The position numbers and the translations under genes are program-made. This document shows positions 11,556 to 23,500 of a stretch of DNA of 64,000 bases, one piece after another (the first letter of the stretch is position 1; each line of letters begins with the position of its first letter). The notes beneath the pieces are model-generated. The model searched no databases. It saw only the letters and a program-made list of their open reading frames with translations, and had not been told where the DNA came from. This DNA comes from Marsupella aquatica (taxonomy: Eukaryota > Plantae > Marchantiophyta): positions 16,351,420 to 16,415,419 of the forward strand of contig OZ316898.1 in the NCBI GenBank assembly GCA_973895155.1, given 5' to 3'.

Positions 11556-14500
11556 ACAAACCAAATACACCAACAATGATATGATCTTCTATTCCAAGGA
11601 GAGAATATATACATATGGTAACTCTGGTTGGAGTTAACCATGGGTTCTAATTATAGTTAGTATACCCAATCATAGTTAGGGTATAATACTCCCCTTTGGG
11701 TGTTATCATTTTAGGAAAAATGTGACAACCAATTTTCTACCAAAGTCAAAGTCAAATTCTAAGCTCCACGACGACCCAATGAGTCAAGGGAGCTGTGGCA
11801 AAAAAGCCAAATATAAAGCAAAGAAATGAGTCAAATGCTAATGTGAGGATCTCTACATCCTCACTAATAACAAACTAAGGACCTTAAGAGTCACTAATGT
11901 GTAATGCTATCACATCGTTTCCTATCCACTGCCATGATATACAATCCAAGTTGCTTTGGTGGCAACCTAAATAGATTATGCAGATCAGAAACAAGGATTT
12001 GATGTGCTATTCGAATCTCCTCATACCGTCTACATGCTATGAATACATGATATTCATTCTCAATGCTGCCACTATCACAGAGGTGAAGTTAGGTGATGGG
12101 GGTGCAACCTCATTAAAACCTTCCCTACTTTCTTTTGTGGAAGGAAAGAGTATTGCCACCCTACATCCCTTTAAATTTTAAAATAAAGTTGTGTCTTTCT
12201 AAAGTAATTTGTATTTGCGTTTGTCTACTCCTTACTATGCTAGAAGTATGGTTGGACTGATTGCATTCAGTGTATATGTTTTTAGGTTTGTATTCTGGGT
12301 TGTGGTGTCGTTCGGCAAGAAGTCCATCGAGTGTAAGTGTTGTTGAAGTCGGTTGTGTGAGAGTGGGATTGCGGGTTCTGTTTCGCGCAAGTACTGTCGA
12401 TGCTGGGGTGAGCCGCAATGGTTGGAGACTCGTTTTCCCTGGGTCTTTGTGATGGTGTCGATCGGAGAGATGTTCGTGCGTCTTCTCGATAATTCATCAA
12501 GTTTTGTCTGTGGCTCTTCAGGAAGTTGAGTGCAAGGAGTTAGTCAATCGACTTATGTTCTATCAAGGTGGTGCTTTTCGTTCTTGCACTGTTCATCAGG
12601 GAAGTCAAATCTCCCCCTCAATCTTTGCATCCTGCAAAAGCTTTGTTATGCTGCGTATTCCTATTGAATAAGTTAGTGATTGATGGAGGGATGGTGGTAG
12701 TGACTTCGTAAGAATATCTGCCAAGTTCTGATTTCCTGGAATCCATTGTACATCAATTTCTTTTCCTTGTTGTTCGTGTGAGAAAAAGAATTTAGGCGCA
12801 ATATGTTTTGTACGTTCACCTTTGATGAATCCGGTTTTGATTTGAGTTATGCAAGGCATGTTATCTTCGAAGAGTATTGTAGGTTTGGTTAATTTCGATT
12901 TACCTGTGTTGATCAGAATATGATCTAAGACTTTACGTAACCATAAACACTCATGACTTGCTTCGTAGAGAGCAATTATTTTGGAGTGATTGGAAGAAGT
13001 AGTAGTAAGTGTCTGTTTGGTGCTGCCCGTGAAATTGGTGTCGGGCCCATCAAGAAAATATATCCAGTTTGAGATTTACCATCTTGTGGATCGGATAGAT
13101 AGCCAGCGTCAGCATATCCTGTTAAACTGTAATCTGCATCATAAGGGAAGTATAAACCAAAGTCTGATGTACCAATAAGATAACGGAATATCCTTTTAAT
13201 ACCGTTCCAGTGTCTGATCGTGGGCTGTGCGCTGTGTCTTGCGAGTAAGTTGACCGCAAATGCAATGTCCGGTCGAGTTTGATTATATAAGAACATAAGA
13301 GCACCGATAGCCAAAAGGTATGGCATATCTGAACCTAGTAAAGGTTTGAAATCTTCTCTCTTCCTGAACATATCTTTCTGTATGTCCAAGGTACGTATAT
13401 CCATGGGGGACTTCACAGGTTTTAACGAGTCCATATGGAAATGTTTTAACACCTTCTTTGTGTAAGTCTCTTGATGCAGGAGAATGCCCGTTTGTAAATG
13501 TTCAAATTGAAGTCCAACGCAGTAAGAAGTTCTCCCTAAATCCCGCATTTTGAATACGCATTTCAGCATTTGTATAGATTCTTGCATCATCTTGTTTGTA
13601 CCAAACAAGTTGAGGTCATCTACATAAATAGCAATTATTATGAATTCAGGTCCTTGATTGTTTATGAATAGACAAGGTGCAATCTCTGAATTTTTGTATC
13701 CCATGGATATCATCTCTGTTTTGAAACGCTGGTACCAGGTACGTCCACTTTTGTCTTAGGCCGTAGAGTGAACGAAGAACCTGAATAGCAAACCGGGTCT
13801 TTCTATTTCCAGGAGTCTCCTGGAATGCAAGTGCTTTAGAGGTATTGTGGAGTACCAGCTTATTTAAGTAGTCAAATTCATTTGCATGTTTGTTACTATG
13901 CATATTTGAATCATGATTTGAATTTGCATGGAAATTGACACGTTCTATAAGCTGTGGTGGAGCTTCCATATAGATCACAGTGTCAAGTTGACCGTAAAGA
14001 TAAGCGGTCACCACATCTAGTTGATGCATTAAGAGTTTGTGTTGGATTGCAAATGCTATCAAGTAGCGGTAAGTAGTTACATCCATGATTGGTGAATAAG
14101 TTAGGTCATAATCTGTGCCATAGATTTGAGTATACCCCTTTGCAACGAGTCGAGCTTTATATCTCACAATTTCTCCTTGGGAATTCCTCTTTTTGGTAAA
14201 TATGATTCTGTACCCTGTAAGGTGTTGGTCTGGGGAAGCAATGGTTATAGGACCAAATACTTTTCTAGAGATCAAAGAGTCTAACTCAGAGTTCATGGCT
14301 ATTTTCCATTTAGGCCAATCTGCTTGGTTTTGTGCTTCTTTGACAGATTTTGGGTCAGGTAAGTTAGTAATATCCTGTGATATATGAAAAGCAAATTGAT
14401 CATCAGGTATTACTCTGGTTCTATCTAAGATGTGGCCAGTGGTATTATAATGTATGGCTATCTCTGGGTGAAATGATTCTGAAATGTGAGTATGGGTTTC

Positions 14501-14677
14501 TGGTCTCATTTCAGATGATATTGGTAGTTTTTTGTCTTTGTCTGAGTTGTTTATCAACAGCCCCTAAAGGGCGTCCTCTCTTGGGTTTTAATTGTTGATC
14601 AGAAGCTAACTGAGCTCCAATTTAGATCCGGGATGGGGTATATATTTGCTGCTGGGATATGGGATTTAGTAACATTC
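11556..14677 (-). mobile_element. Truncated, decayed Ty1/copia (Bianca-like): 3' LTR remnant, RT and RNase H
   Basis: YKARLVAKG, YVDD, YADAGYLSDP and RTKHI motifs in frameshifted ORFs 12605-14557. LTR-like remnant ~11556-11688 and PPT ~11689-11697. Homologous to the 20104-25899 element. Confidence 0.85.
11743..12082 (-). mobile_element. LINE family A 3' fragment inserted in the copia 3' UTR
   Basis: (GTCAAA)n tail plus family A 3' UTR and ORF2 end. Confidence 0.9.
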
Positions 14678-17250
14678 AAAGTCAAAGTCAAAGTCAAAGT
14701 CAAATTCTAAGCTCCACGACAACCCAATGAGTCAAGGGAGCTGTGGCAAAAAAGCCAAATACAAAGCAAAGAAATGAGTCAAATGCTCATGTGAGGATCT
14801 CTACATCCTCACTAATAACAAACTAAGGACCTTAAGAGTCACTAATGTGTAATGCTATCACATCGTTTCCTATCCACTGCCATGATATACAATCCAAGTT
14901 GCTTTGGTGGCAACCTAAATAGATCATGCAGATCAGAAACAAGGATTTGATGAGCTATTCGAATCTCCTCATACCGTCTACATGCTATGAATACATGATA
15001 TTCATTCTCAATGCTGCCACTATCATAGAGTCTACACACCCTATCCTGCCTCCTAATTCCCTTCCATCTACCCTCCTCTACCTCCAAGTGATGTGAGCTG
15101 AGTCTATATCTAGCAATCACTTGTCTCAACCTCATAGAAATGGGAGCTCAAAGATACTCTTGTTCTTCATACAACATCATGGGGTTTACATCCCTCATAA
15201 AATACTGTAATCTAGGGCTAGGATCACTCCAAAGTTTTCTAATAGCTTTATCACGCAAGAGTGACCAAAGCTTCTTTGGTTGAGTATGCCATTCATGCTC
15301 AGATAAGTCCCATGATTGAGCCCAGCTACATACATCAGCATACCAACCAAAAGCTCTAGATATGTGAAAGGCTTGCGTAGGTAGCCTAGAATCATTCAAC
15401 GCCTCCACTCTCCTAGCATATTGAAGAGTGTGATAGAGAGCTTCAACCTCCAATGGTGGTATCAGCACTCACTGCATGTTTGAATCAAGTGGTCCAAGGT
15501 GGCTTACCTCCAGATTGGAGTACAAGGAGATTGGTACCTATTCACAAGGGAGGCTCTAAGAATGAGGTGAGCAACTATAGGACTATCATGATAGCTAGTA
15601 TCTTTGCTAAAGTTTTAGGAGGACTACTAGAAGCTAGACTTAGTTCTTGGGTTGAAAAACACATGAAAAGAGCATCATCACAAGCTGGTTTTAGGGCAGG
15701 TTTTAGTACTCTAGATCACATGCTTTGCCTTAGAGTGTTAGAGGAGAGGGCTAAAAGACTCAAGCTACCTCTATTTTGCTTGTTTGTAGACTTCTCCAAA
15801 GCATTTGATAGGGTTTGTAGACACAAGCTTTGGGAGCGGTTGATTAGTCTCGCAGTTCCTCTTGAGATGAGAATAGCTATTGCACAATTGTATCAAAAGG
15901 TAATGATTAGATTCTCTGGTAGTAGTATGAGGAGGTTCCTAGCACACTTGGTGTGATCCAAGGCTGCCCACTATCTTCAACGCTCTTTGGGGTCTTCATT
16001 GACCAACTACATGATTTGCTAGAGGAGATGGGAGGCGTAGGTTCTCAGTTGGGAACACTGGCCATCCAACTTCTTATATTTTTAGATGATGTGGTGCTTC
16101 TAGCTCACTCCCAATCTGATTTGCAACAACATCTTCTAGCCCTAGAGCATTTTTGCAAACAATCAAACATGCAGGTCAACATGAGGAAGACCAAGTGCCT
16201 TGTACTTGGTACAAAGCAAGAGCTTTCTCTCTATTTTGCAGGTGAAAAGGTGGAGATGGTGACCTCTTACAAGTATCTTGGGGTGGATTTTTCTCGAAGC
16301 ATGAGTTGGGCTACATGTGTGACGCATAGGGTGGCTCATGGTTACAAGGCCTTCTACAGCATGGTTCAGAAGTGCAAGGGAGCAAGCCTTTCCGCTTGGA
16401 AGTTGAAGAAACAACTCTTCAATTCCTTGGTAAGGCTTGTTATTCTTTATGGGGTGCAAGTATGGGGCCCTTCTACTTCTCAATCTTGTTGGAAAAAGGT
16501 CCTAGCCCTAGATTACAGTATTTTATGAGGGATGTAAACCCCATGATGTTGTATGAAGAACAAGAGTATCTTAGAGCTCCCATTTCTATGAGGTTGAGAC
16601 AAGTGATTGCTAGATATAGACTCAGCTCACATCACTTGGAGGTAGAGGGTAGATGGAAGGGAATTAGGAGGCAGGATAGGGTGTGTAGACTCTGTGATAG
16701 TGGCAGCATTGAGAATGAATATCATGTATTCATAGCATGTAGACGGCATGAGGAGATTCGAATAGCACATCAAATCCTTGTTTTTGATCTGCATGATCTA
16801 TTTAGGTTGCCACCAAAGCAACTTGGATTGTATATCATGGCAGTGGATAGGAAACAATGTGATAGCATTACACATTAGTGACTCTTAAGGTCCTTAGTTT
16901 GTTATTAGTGAGGATGTAGAGATCCTCACATGAGCATTTGACTCATTTCTTTGCTTTGTATTTGGCTTTTTTGCCACAGCTCCCTTGACTCATTGGGTCG
17001 TCATGGAGCTTAGAATTTGACTTTGACTTTGACTTTGTAAAGACCTACCTCAGCCAATAACAAGGGGTATGGGGTTTGGGTTTTCACTCCAAGCTCCATC
17101 TCCAAGAAAAGCTTTTGGATGGCCTCTACCTTTTTCCAACAAGATTGAGAAGTAGAAGGGCCCCATACTTGCACCCCATAAAGAATAACAGGCCTTACCA
17201 AGGAATTGAAGAGTTGTTTCTTCAACTTCCAAGCGGAAAGGCTTGCTCCC
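14678..17250 (-). mobile_element. LINE family A 3' portion (14678-15457 and 17037-17250), split by an antisense copy
   Basis: The sequence resumes after the insert where it broke off (reference CCAATGGTAGAAGACC at ~30615-30630). Confidence 0.85.
15458..17036 (+). mobile_element. 5'-truncated LINE family A copy (RT plus 3' end, internal deletion at ~16500)
   Basis: RT motifs in ORFs 15453-16528; (TTTGAC)3 tail ending at 17036. Confidence 0.9.
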
Positions 17251-19125
17251 ACAAGGAGAGGGCGGCCTTATGGAAGGAGTTGGACAAAAACCTGAAGGAG
17301 TTGGAGGAAGCTCACGGGGATTTAGACAAGATCCTGGAGGAGTTGGAGGATGCCACACAGAAATTAGAGAACATGCAGAGGCGGGCGGACAACCAAATAG
17401 AGCGGTTGAGGAAGCAGTTGTCGGCCTCCGGCAACAACTGATGGAGCTGCTCACGGGTCAGCGTAGGACAAGGCTACCCCGTGTATTTACTGCGGATTGT
17501 AATATGATCTGCAAAGACTTGGGAGCCTTGGATATCTCGATCAAAATCAAGGGCTGTACTATCAAGATGGTCCTCGTAGATGGGGGAGCGGGAGTCAATA
17601 TCATGACAAAAAAGACGTCCATAAAGTTGGGATACCTCACGTACCAACCCATGGACCGCGCTATTTGGCTAGCAAATGGAGCAAGAGTGCTACCCCTAGG
17701 CACACTCACCAAGGTCCTCACCTTGGTAGGAGGTGTAGAGATTTACCTAAACTTTTTGGTCATGCGGCCAGTCCAACCGTCTTCCTACCCGATCCTCTTG
17801 GGGAGACCATGGCTGTACCGAGGCCACGTGGTCACGGACTGGGGAAAGAAAGAGTTAAGGTTTGGAACACCTGCGGTACGAGTGTCCTGGGCGGTGGACA
17901 ATTAAGGGGAGACTCCTCAAGGACTTGAGGAGTATGATTCAGAGACCTCGGAGGAGGAAGAACTCAATATGATTGAGCTCATTTCATCCCTTTTGGAGGA
18001 AGATGTTTTTGGAGTAGAGGCAATTTGGGAGACACACTTTTTGAACTACCCAAAGGCAGCGGTAGCTGCAGCCACCACGGGCCCTTACAACGCTCTGACA
18101 TGAAAACATCAACTGGCAGTCATTGATACGGAGGATACGGCTCTGACTAAGTAGGGAGCCAAATTGAGCACAACTATTCTAAAGCTTGCTGATTCACAAC
18201 CCAAAGTCAAAACCTCAAAGCCATAGCATAAGAAGCGGGTCTCCTGGGACCCATCCATCCCACCACTAGAAGAAGAAGAAGTACCAAACATCTAGCTTCC
18301 CGACCGAGGGTTTGATGGGCAACGGCTTCCTGATGAGGACATGCCTCATCCCGGAGATTGCAGAGCGGCTGGAGTTCCAGAGGTACGCCATCCACATGAT
18401 GGAGCTGCAAGGCAAGATATCCACCGCCCAGATGATCCAGGTCGAGAACTACCAGCCTAGGAAGTGGGCTTCTTTCTTCGTCAAGTTCCATGAGGAGATG
18501 GAACAACAAAGGAAGACCTTGTACCTTGGGGGGGGGAAGGCGTACCTTGCAAGCCACATCGAGATCATCATTGAGTGGTACGCTTGTTTTGACCAATGAA
18601 CCCTCCCGAGATGCAACGAGCCCGAACTCACCCCGGCCAGGTGGGTCATCCCGGCTCAGGAGAGGCGGCCACAACCCGAGAGCCGTAGTCCAGCACAAGC
18701 AGCTCTTGAGGCACCTTCCTCTGCGCTAGACTCGGAAATTATTGCAACCCTGGATGCCCGAAACCAGGCTTGTGCAGTCATAGTTGATCGGGTTAAAGTC
18801 GGCCCCAAACCCGAGGCCGTAAGTCTGGAGGAAGCCGTGGTACTTTCCGCACTTGTGCAAGTGGATCCCCTTGATGGATGCCCCTCCCCCTCTACCCTTA
18901 CTGCCCAGGGATGGACGTAACAACCCCCGCCTCTGCCCGGGTAGAGGTCTATCTCTGTGCTAACCCGACTGGGCATAGCCTGGTGAACCCGGAACTCTTT
19001 GCACCGGGCATGTATTTGAATGGGTTGCTGGGCGATTTCTCCCAACAAATTAGTCAGGAAATGGGGGAGTTCATGGGCTCGCAAGGTGGCTTACTTCTTC
19101 AACCAAGAGTTGGTGTAGAGTAGGG
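17250..19125 (+). mobile_element. Rearranged Ty3/gypsy relic: aspartic protease plus fragments homologous to the LTR-encoded protein
   Basis: Protease VLVDGGAGVNIM..ILLGRPWL (~17570-17815). Coiled-coil piece ..MQRRADNQIERLRKQ (17250-17420) and NGFLMRTC..YLASH piece (18312-18599) align to ORF 31005-34604. Confidence 0.75.
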
Positions 19126-20103
19126 TTTAGGGAAAGATGAACTCTTTTTCTCTTAAACAATCAAAGTTCATTCCCGTTAAGAACTTGTGAGATCTAAAAG
19201 ATTGTTCTAACACACTTTGAGATAGTTAAACTAACCTATCTCAGATTTCAAGTCTTTACTGACATGCTTAGGTCTGGTGGAAGGAATTTTTAATACATCC
19301 TCAGGTATTGTGACGTTTGTATTGTCAACAATGCAATAATAAATTCTTAAAATATAACAAAATAACCAAAAGCCGGAGGCGTAAAGATAGGATTAGGCGA
19401 GCCTTACTTGTCTCTTCTCCTATTGCCACTTAGCAATCTATGACTAAGTTAGGCACAATTAAGAGTCAACAGAGAGTTTGACTAAATTACGTTGATGCCT
19501 AAAGCTAATCTTCAAAGCCAACCATCTAATTTTTTTTTTAAATATATGGAAATAAGCCCGTATTAATTTTATGGCCAAGTCATAACAAGGCGGTACTCAT
19601 CACTCTGAACATACTTCCTCTCTTAATCAACTCTCCAGATTGCTCTTCTGGATCTATGGAAATTGTGGATTCTCGTCCGGTACATCTTCCAAAAACACTT
19701 GATAAGTATTCCAAATACTCCAAGTCAATTCAGATCTTTGCATGATCTCAAGCATGCATTTCCAGTCAATCTGAATATCGGCATGACATTGCTAGTCACA
19801 TCAAATAGATTTCCAACAAGTATGGTCACGCACTAAATTCCAAACACAAGTCATAGATTACCAAAGATAGATATGAATCTATTATTTCTCTTCAATTTCT
19901 TCAAAGAAGGAGACTTTCAAAAGTGCAATGTAAGTCTGAGTAATATGGTGGAAAGTTTCCCTCTTATACTTGAGGACAAGTTTCCTCTAAACAAAAGTTG
20001 AAGAGGTATACCTTTTATTTCCTAACCCAAATGTAAAAGTCAAAAATAATGTTAAATTCTGAAACTAGACCATGAGATAAAGTGCTCAGCAAAAATTAAA
20101 AGT

Positions 20104-20250
20104 TGTTATGAATACACAAGATGATAGTAGTCAATAATCCCCACTCACTTCCATTATGCCAAGGACTTATATAGTCCAGAAGGGTTAACATGGTTGGGTT
20201 AATGTTAACCTATCCTATACTAGGGTTAAGTCATATTATGGGTTATAACA
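20104..20250 (-). repeat. 3' LTR of copia element
   Basis: Identical by eye to 25753-25899. Confidence 0.95.
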
Positions 20251-20589
20251 CTTCCCCTTGGTTACTTGGACGGGGTGTCAAGGAACCACACATTTAACCC
20301 TAGTTTAAAAGTGGGAGTCACTTATGATGTAGCCTCATCAAACCTTGCTGCTTTCCTCTCAAGGAAGAGTACTACCATCATTACAATTTGTGGTCCCTAA
20401 TTCAGAAAGTCTCTAATGTGTATGCTCTAAGTCTAAAAGTAGCCTATTACTGTCTAAGCCAGTGGGCTAAGAGTAAGTAAGCGTTTATTTGTTACTCTAG
20501 TCGGGGTAGTATTGTATTCATGACGGGGGAACATGTGTCTCTCTGTAAACTGTTCGTTAGATACTACGATTTAGTAGTTTGTCGAGGTT

Positions 20590-23500
20590 CTACTTCGATG
20601 TTGCGTTGGCTGTGTGTTCGTGTCGGGAGTTGTCGTTAGTCGAGGAGGTTAGGGAGGAGAGACGATGCATTCCAATGGCGCTGACGTGCTTTCGATGTGT
20701 AGTCGCTGGTAGCGGCTTGGTGAAGAGGTCGGCGCAATTGTCTTGTGAGCTTATCCACTTTACTTGTATTTGCTTTCCGCTGTGTTCGTGCGTAAAGAAA
20801 AATTTCGGGTCTATGTGCTTGGTTCGATCGGTCTTCATGTAGCCTGTAACTATCTGGTCGACGCATGCCCTATTGTCCTCGTAGATGGTGGTTGGATTTG
20901 TGAGTAAGGTTTTTCCTGTCTGTTTGAGTATATGTGTGATTATACTACGGAGCCAAATCGCTTCGCGGCATGCCTCATAGAGGGCAATTACTTCGGCGTG
21001 ATTCGATGACGTTGTGGTTAGGCTCTGCTTCGTGCTTCTCCAAGATATGGCGGTTTTACCCTGCAAGAAGACGTATCCTGTCTGTGACTTTGAATCTTGG
21101 GGGTCTGAGAGGTATCCAGCGTCCGCGTATCCTGTAAGTTCATCCTCGCTTTCGTTGGGGAAGAATAGTCCCATGTCAATTGTTCCTTGGAGGTATCGGA
21201 ATACTCGTTTTATGCCGTTCCAGTGGCGTATTGTCGGGTGCGCGCTATGTCGTGCGAGGAGGCTCACTGCAAAGGATATATCCGGTCGGGTGTTGTTGGC
21301 CAGGTAAAGGAGGGCTCCGATAGCCGATAAGTATGGCTTATCTGAATCTAGTATTGGTTCGTTGTCCTGTCTTTGCTTGAACATGTCCTTCGCAGTGTCT
21401 AAGGATCTCAGCTCCATTGGTGTTGATACCGGGTATGCCTTTTGCATATTGAATTGTTGGAGGATTTTGTTTGTATAGGTAGACTGGCTAATGAATGTGC
21501 CTGTCTGTAGGTGATCGAACTGAAGGCCGAGGCAGTAAGTCGGTTCTCCCAGTTCTTTCATCTCGAAAATGCCCTTCATTGTGTTGATTGTTTGTCGTAA
21601 TAGTCGTTGTGTACCGAAGAGATTAATGTCATCGACATATAGCGCTAACACGACGAACTCTGTGTCTACTCTTTTGATGAATATACAGGGCGCTATGTCT
21701 TCTGTAATAAATCCGAGTGCTTGTATTTCGGTTTTAAATTTCTGGTACCATATACGGCCGCTTTGTTTCAGGCCGTTTATGGATTTCAATACTTGCACAG
21801 CAAATGCCTGCTGTCCAGTCCTTTGTTTTCCGGGGTACTGGAGTGGTGCTTTCTGTGTGTTGCCACTGCTCAACACAAGGCCTTTACAATCATCATTAGG
21901 GATAATCTGGTCAATTCCCGACTTCATATCCTTGCTCAGGTTCGGGTATTGCTTCCCCTGAATGTGTTCTGCCACTCTTTCGAGTAATTCCTTTGGTGCT
22001 TTCATATGAATTTCGGAGTCTAAGACTCCATATAGGTATGCCGTTACTACGTCCATAAGGATATTGCATAACTGGTGTTTGCGAGAGAAAGCAATTAAAT
22101 ACCTGAATGTCGTCACGTCCATTACTGGTGAATATGTTAGATCATAGTCCCTGCCTGGGATCTGGGTGTATCCTTTTGCTACTAACCGCGCTCTGTATCT
22201 GATAACATCACCTTTTGCATTTCGCTTTTTAATGAACGTAAATCGGCTGTCTGTATAGTCATTGTTAGGATCAAATTGTTTGACTGGTCCGAAGACTTGT
22301 CGACGGATTAGTGCATCCATTTCTGTGTCAATGGCCTCTTTCCAGTGTGGCCAATCTGACCTTGTTTGTGCTTCTTTGATTGTTAAAGGGTCCGAAGTAT
22401 CATTGGTTATTTCTTGAGCTATATGGTAAGCAAATTGTTCGTCGACAGTAGTGTTTTGTCTCGTGTAAATTTGTCCTGTATGCTTATACTGAATTGACAT
22501 CTCCTCATTACCCGATATGTCTGGTGTCTCGAATTCATTATTAATGAAGTGAAAAGTAGTTTCAGGAATTACCTGATGGGGGCGTCTTTGGCGGGGTCGG
22601 GTATCATGTGATCCTGGTGGCCTACCTCTTTTCGCCTTAGGGGCAGCTACTGTTGCTGGAGGAGTATTCATTTGTACTCTGGCTGGTACATTGGTTGCCT
22701 CGTTGTGGGATTTTGTAACATTTGCTGCATCATTAAATGCATCTGGGATCTTATCCAGCATCTCGTGGAGGTGGAGTAATCGTCTAACTTCTGCATCCGT
22801 TTGTTTCGTCCTCGGGTCCTGGTTGAGTAAGTTTCTGCTGTTCCAGTTGATCTGGTGTGGGTGCAAGTCCCCTGTCATTTGTTTGTCTATGCTTAGGGTG
22901 GGAAAAGTGTCTTCGTAAAAATGACAATCTGTATGTCTGGCCTTAAACACATCGGCTGTTGTCGGTTCCAGGTAGCGAATGATCGAGGATGAGTCATTTC
23001 CGATGTAGATTCCTTCTTGTCTTTGAGGTCCGATTTTTGTACGCTTGGGTCCCAGTATTGGGACCATGACTTTGCATCCAAATACCCGCAGGTGTGACAG
23101 GTCTGGAGGTAGTCCGAACGCTAAGTGGTGTGGAGTCTTTGTGTTGAACGCCGATGGTCTGTATTGAAGCAGTGTGGCAGCATGGAGGACTGCGTGTCCC
23201 CATGTGGATAGGGGTAACTTTGAATTCATTAACAGGGGTCTGGTTATCATCTGTATACGCTTGATAACGGATTCTGCCATTCCGTTTTGGAAATGGACAT
23301 ATGGGACTGAGTATTCAGTGTCAATGCCCGCTGCCCAGCAAAACTCATCGAATGCTTTTGAGGTGAATTCCCCTGCACCATCCACTCTCAGTTTCCGAAT
23401 TGGATGTTCTGGGAATTGTGCTTTAAGCTTTAGAATGTTGGCCAGTATCCTAGCGAAGACCAAGTTGCGTGTAGAGAGTAGAGATACTTGCAGCCATTTG

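Noticed and set aside
14678-17036. Apparent double-ended element with inverted LINE tails as TIRs
   Set aside because: The minus copy resumes at 17037 where it broke off, so this is an antisense nested insertion.
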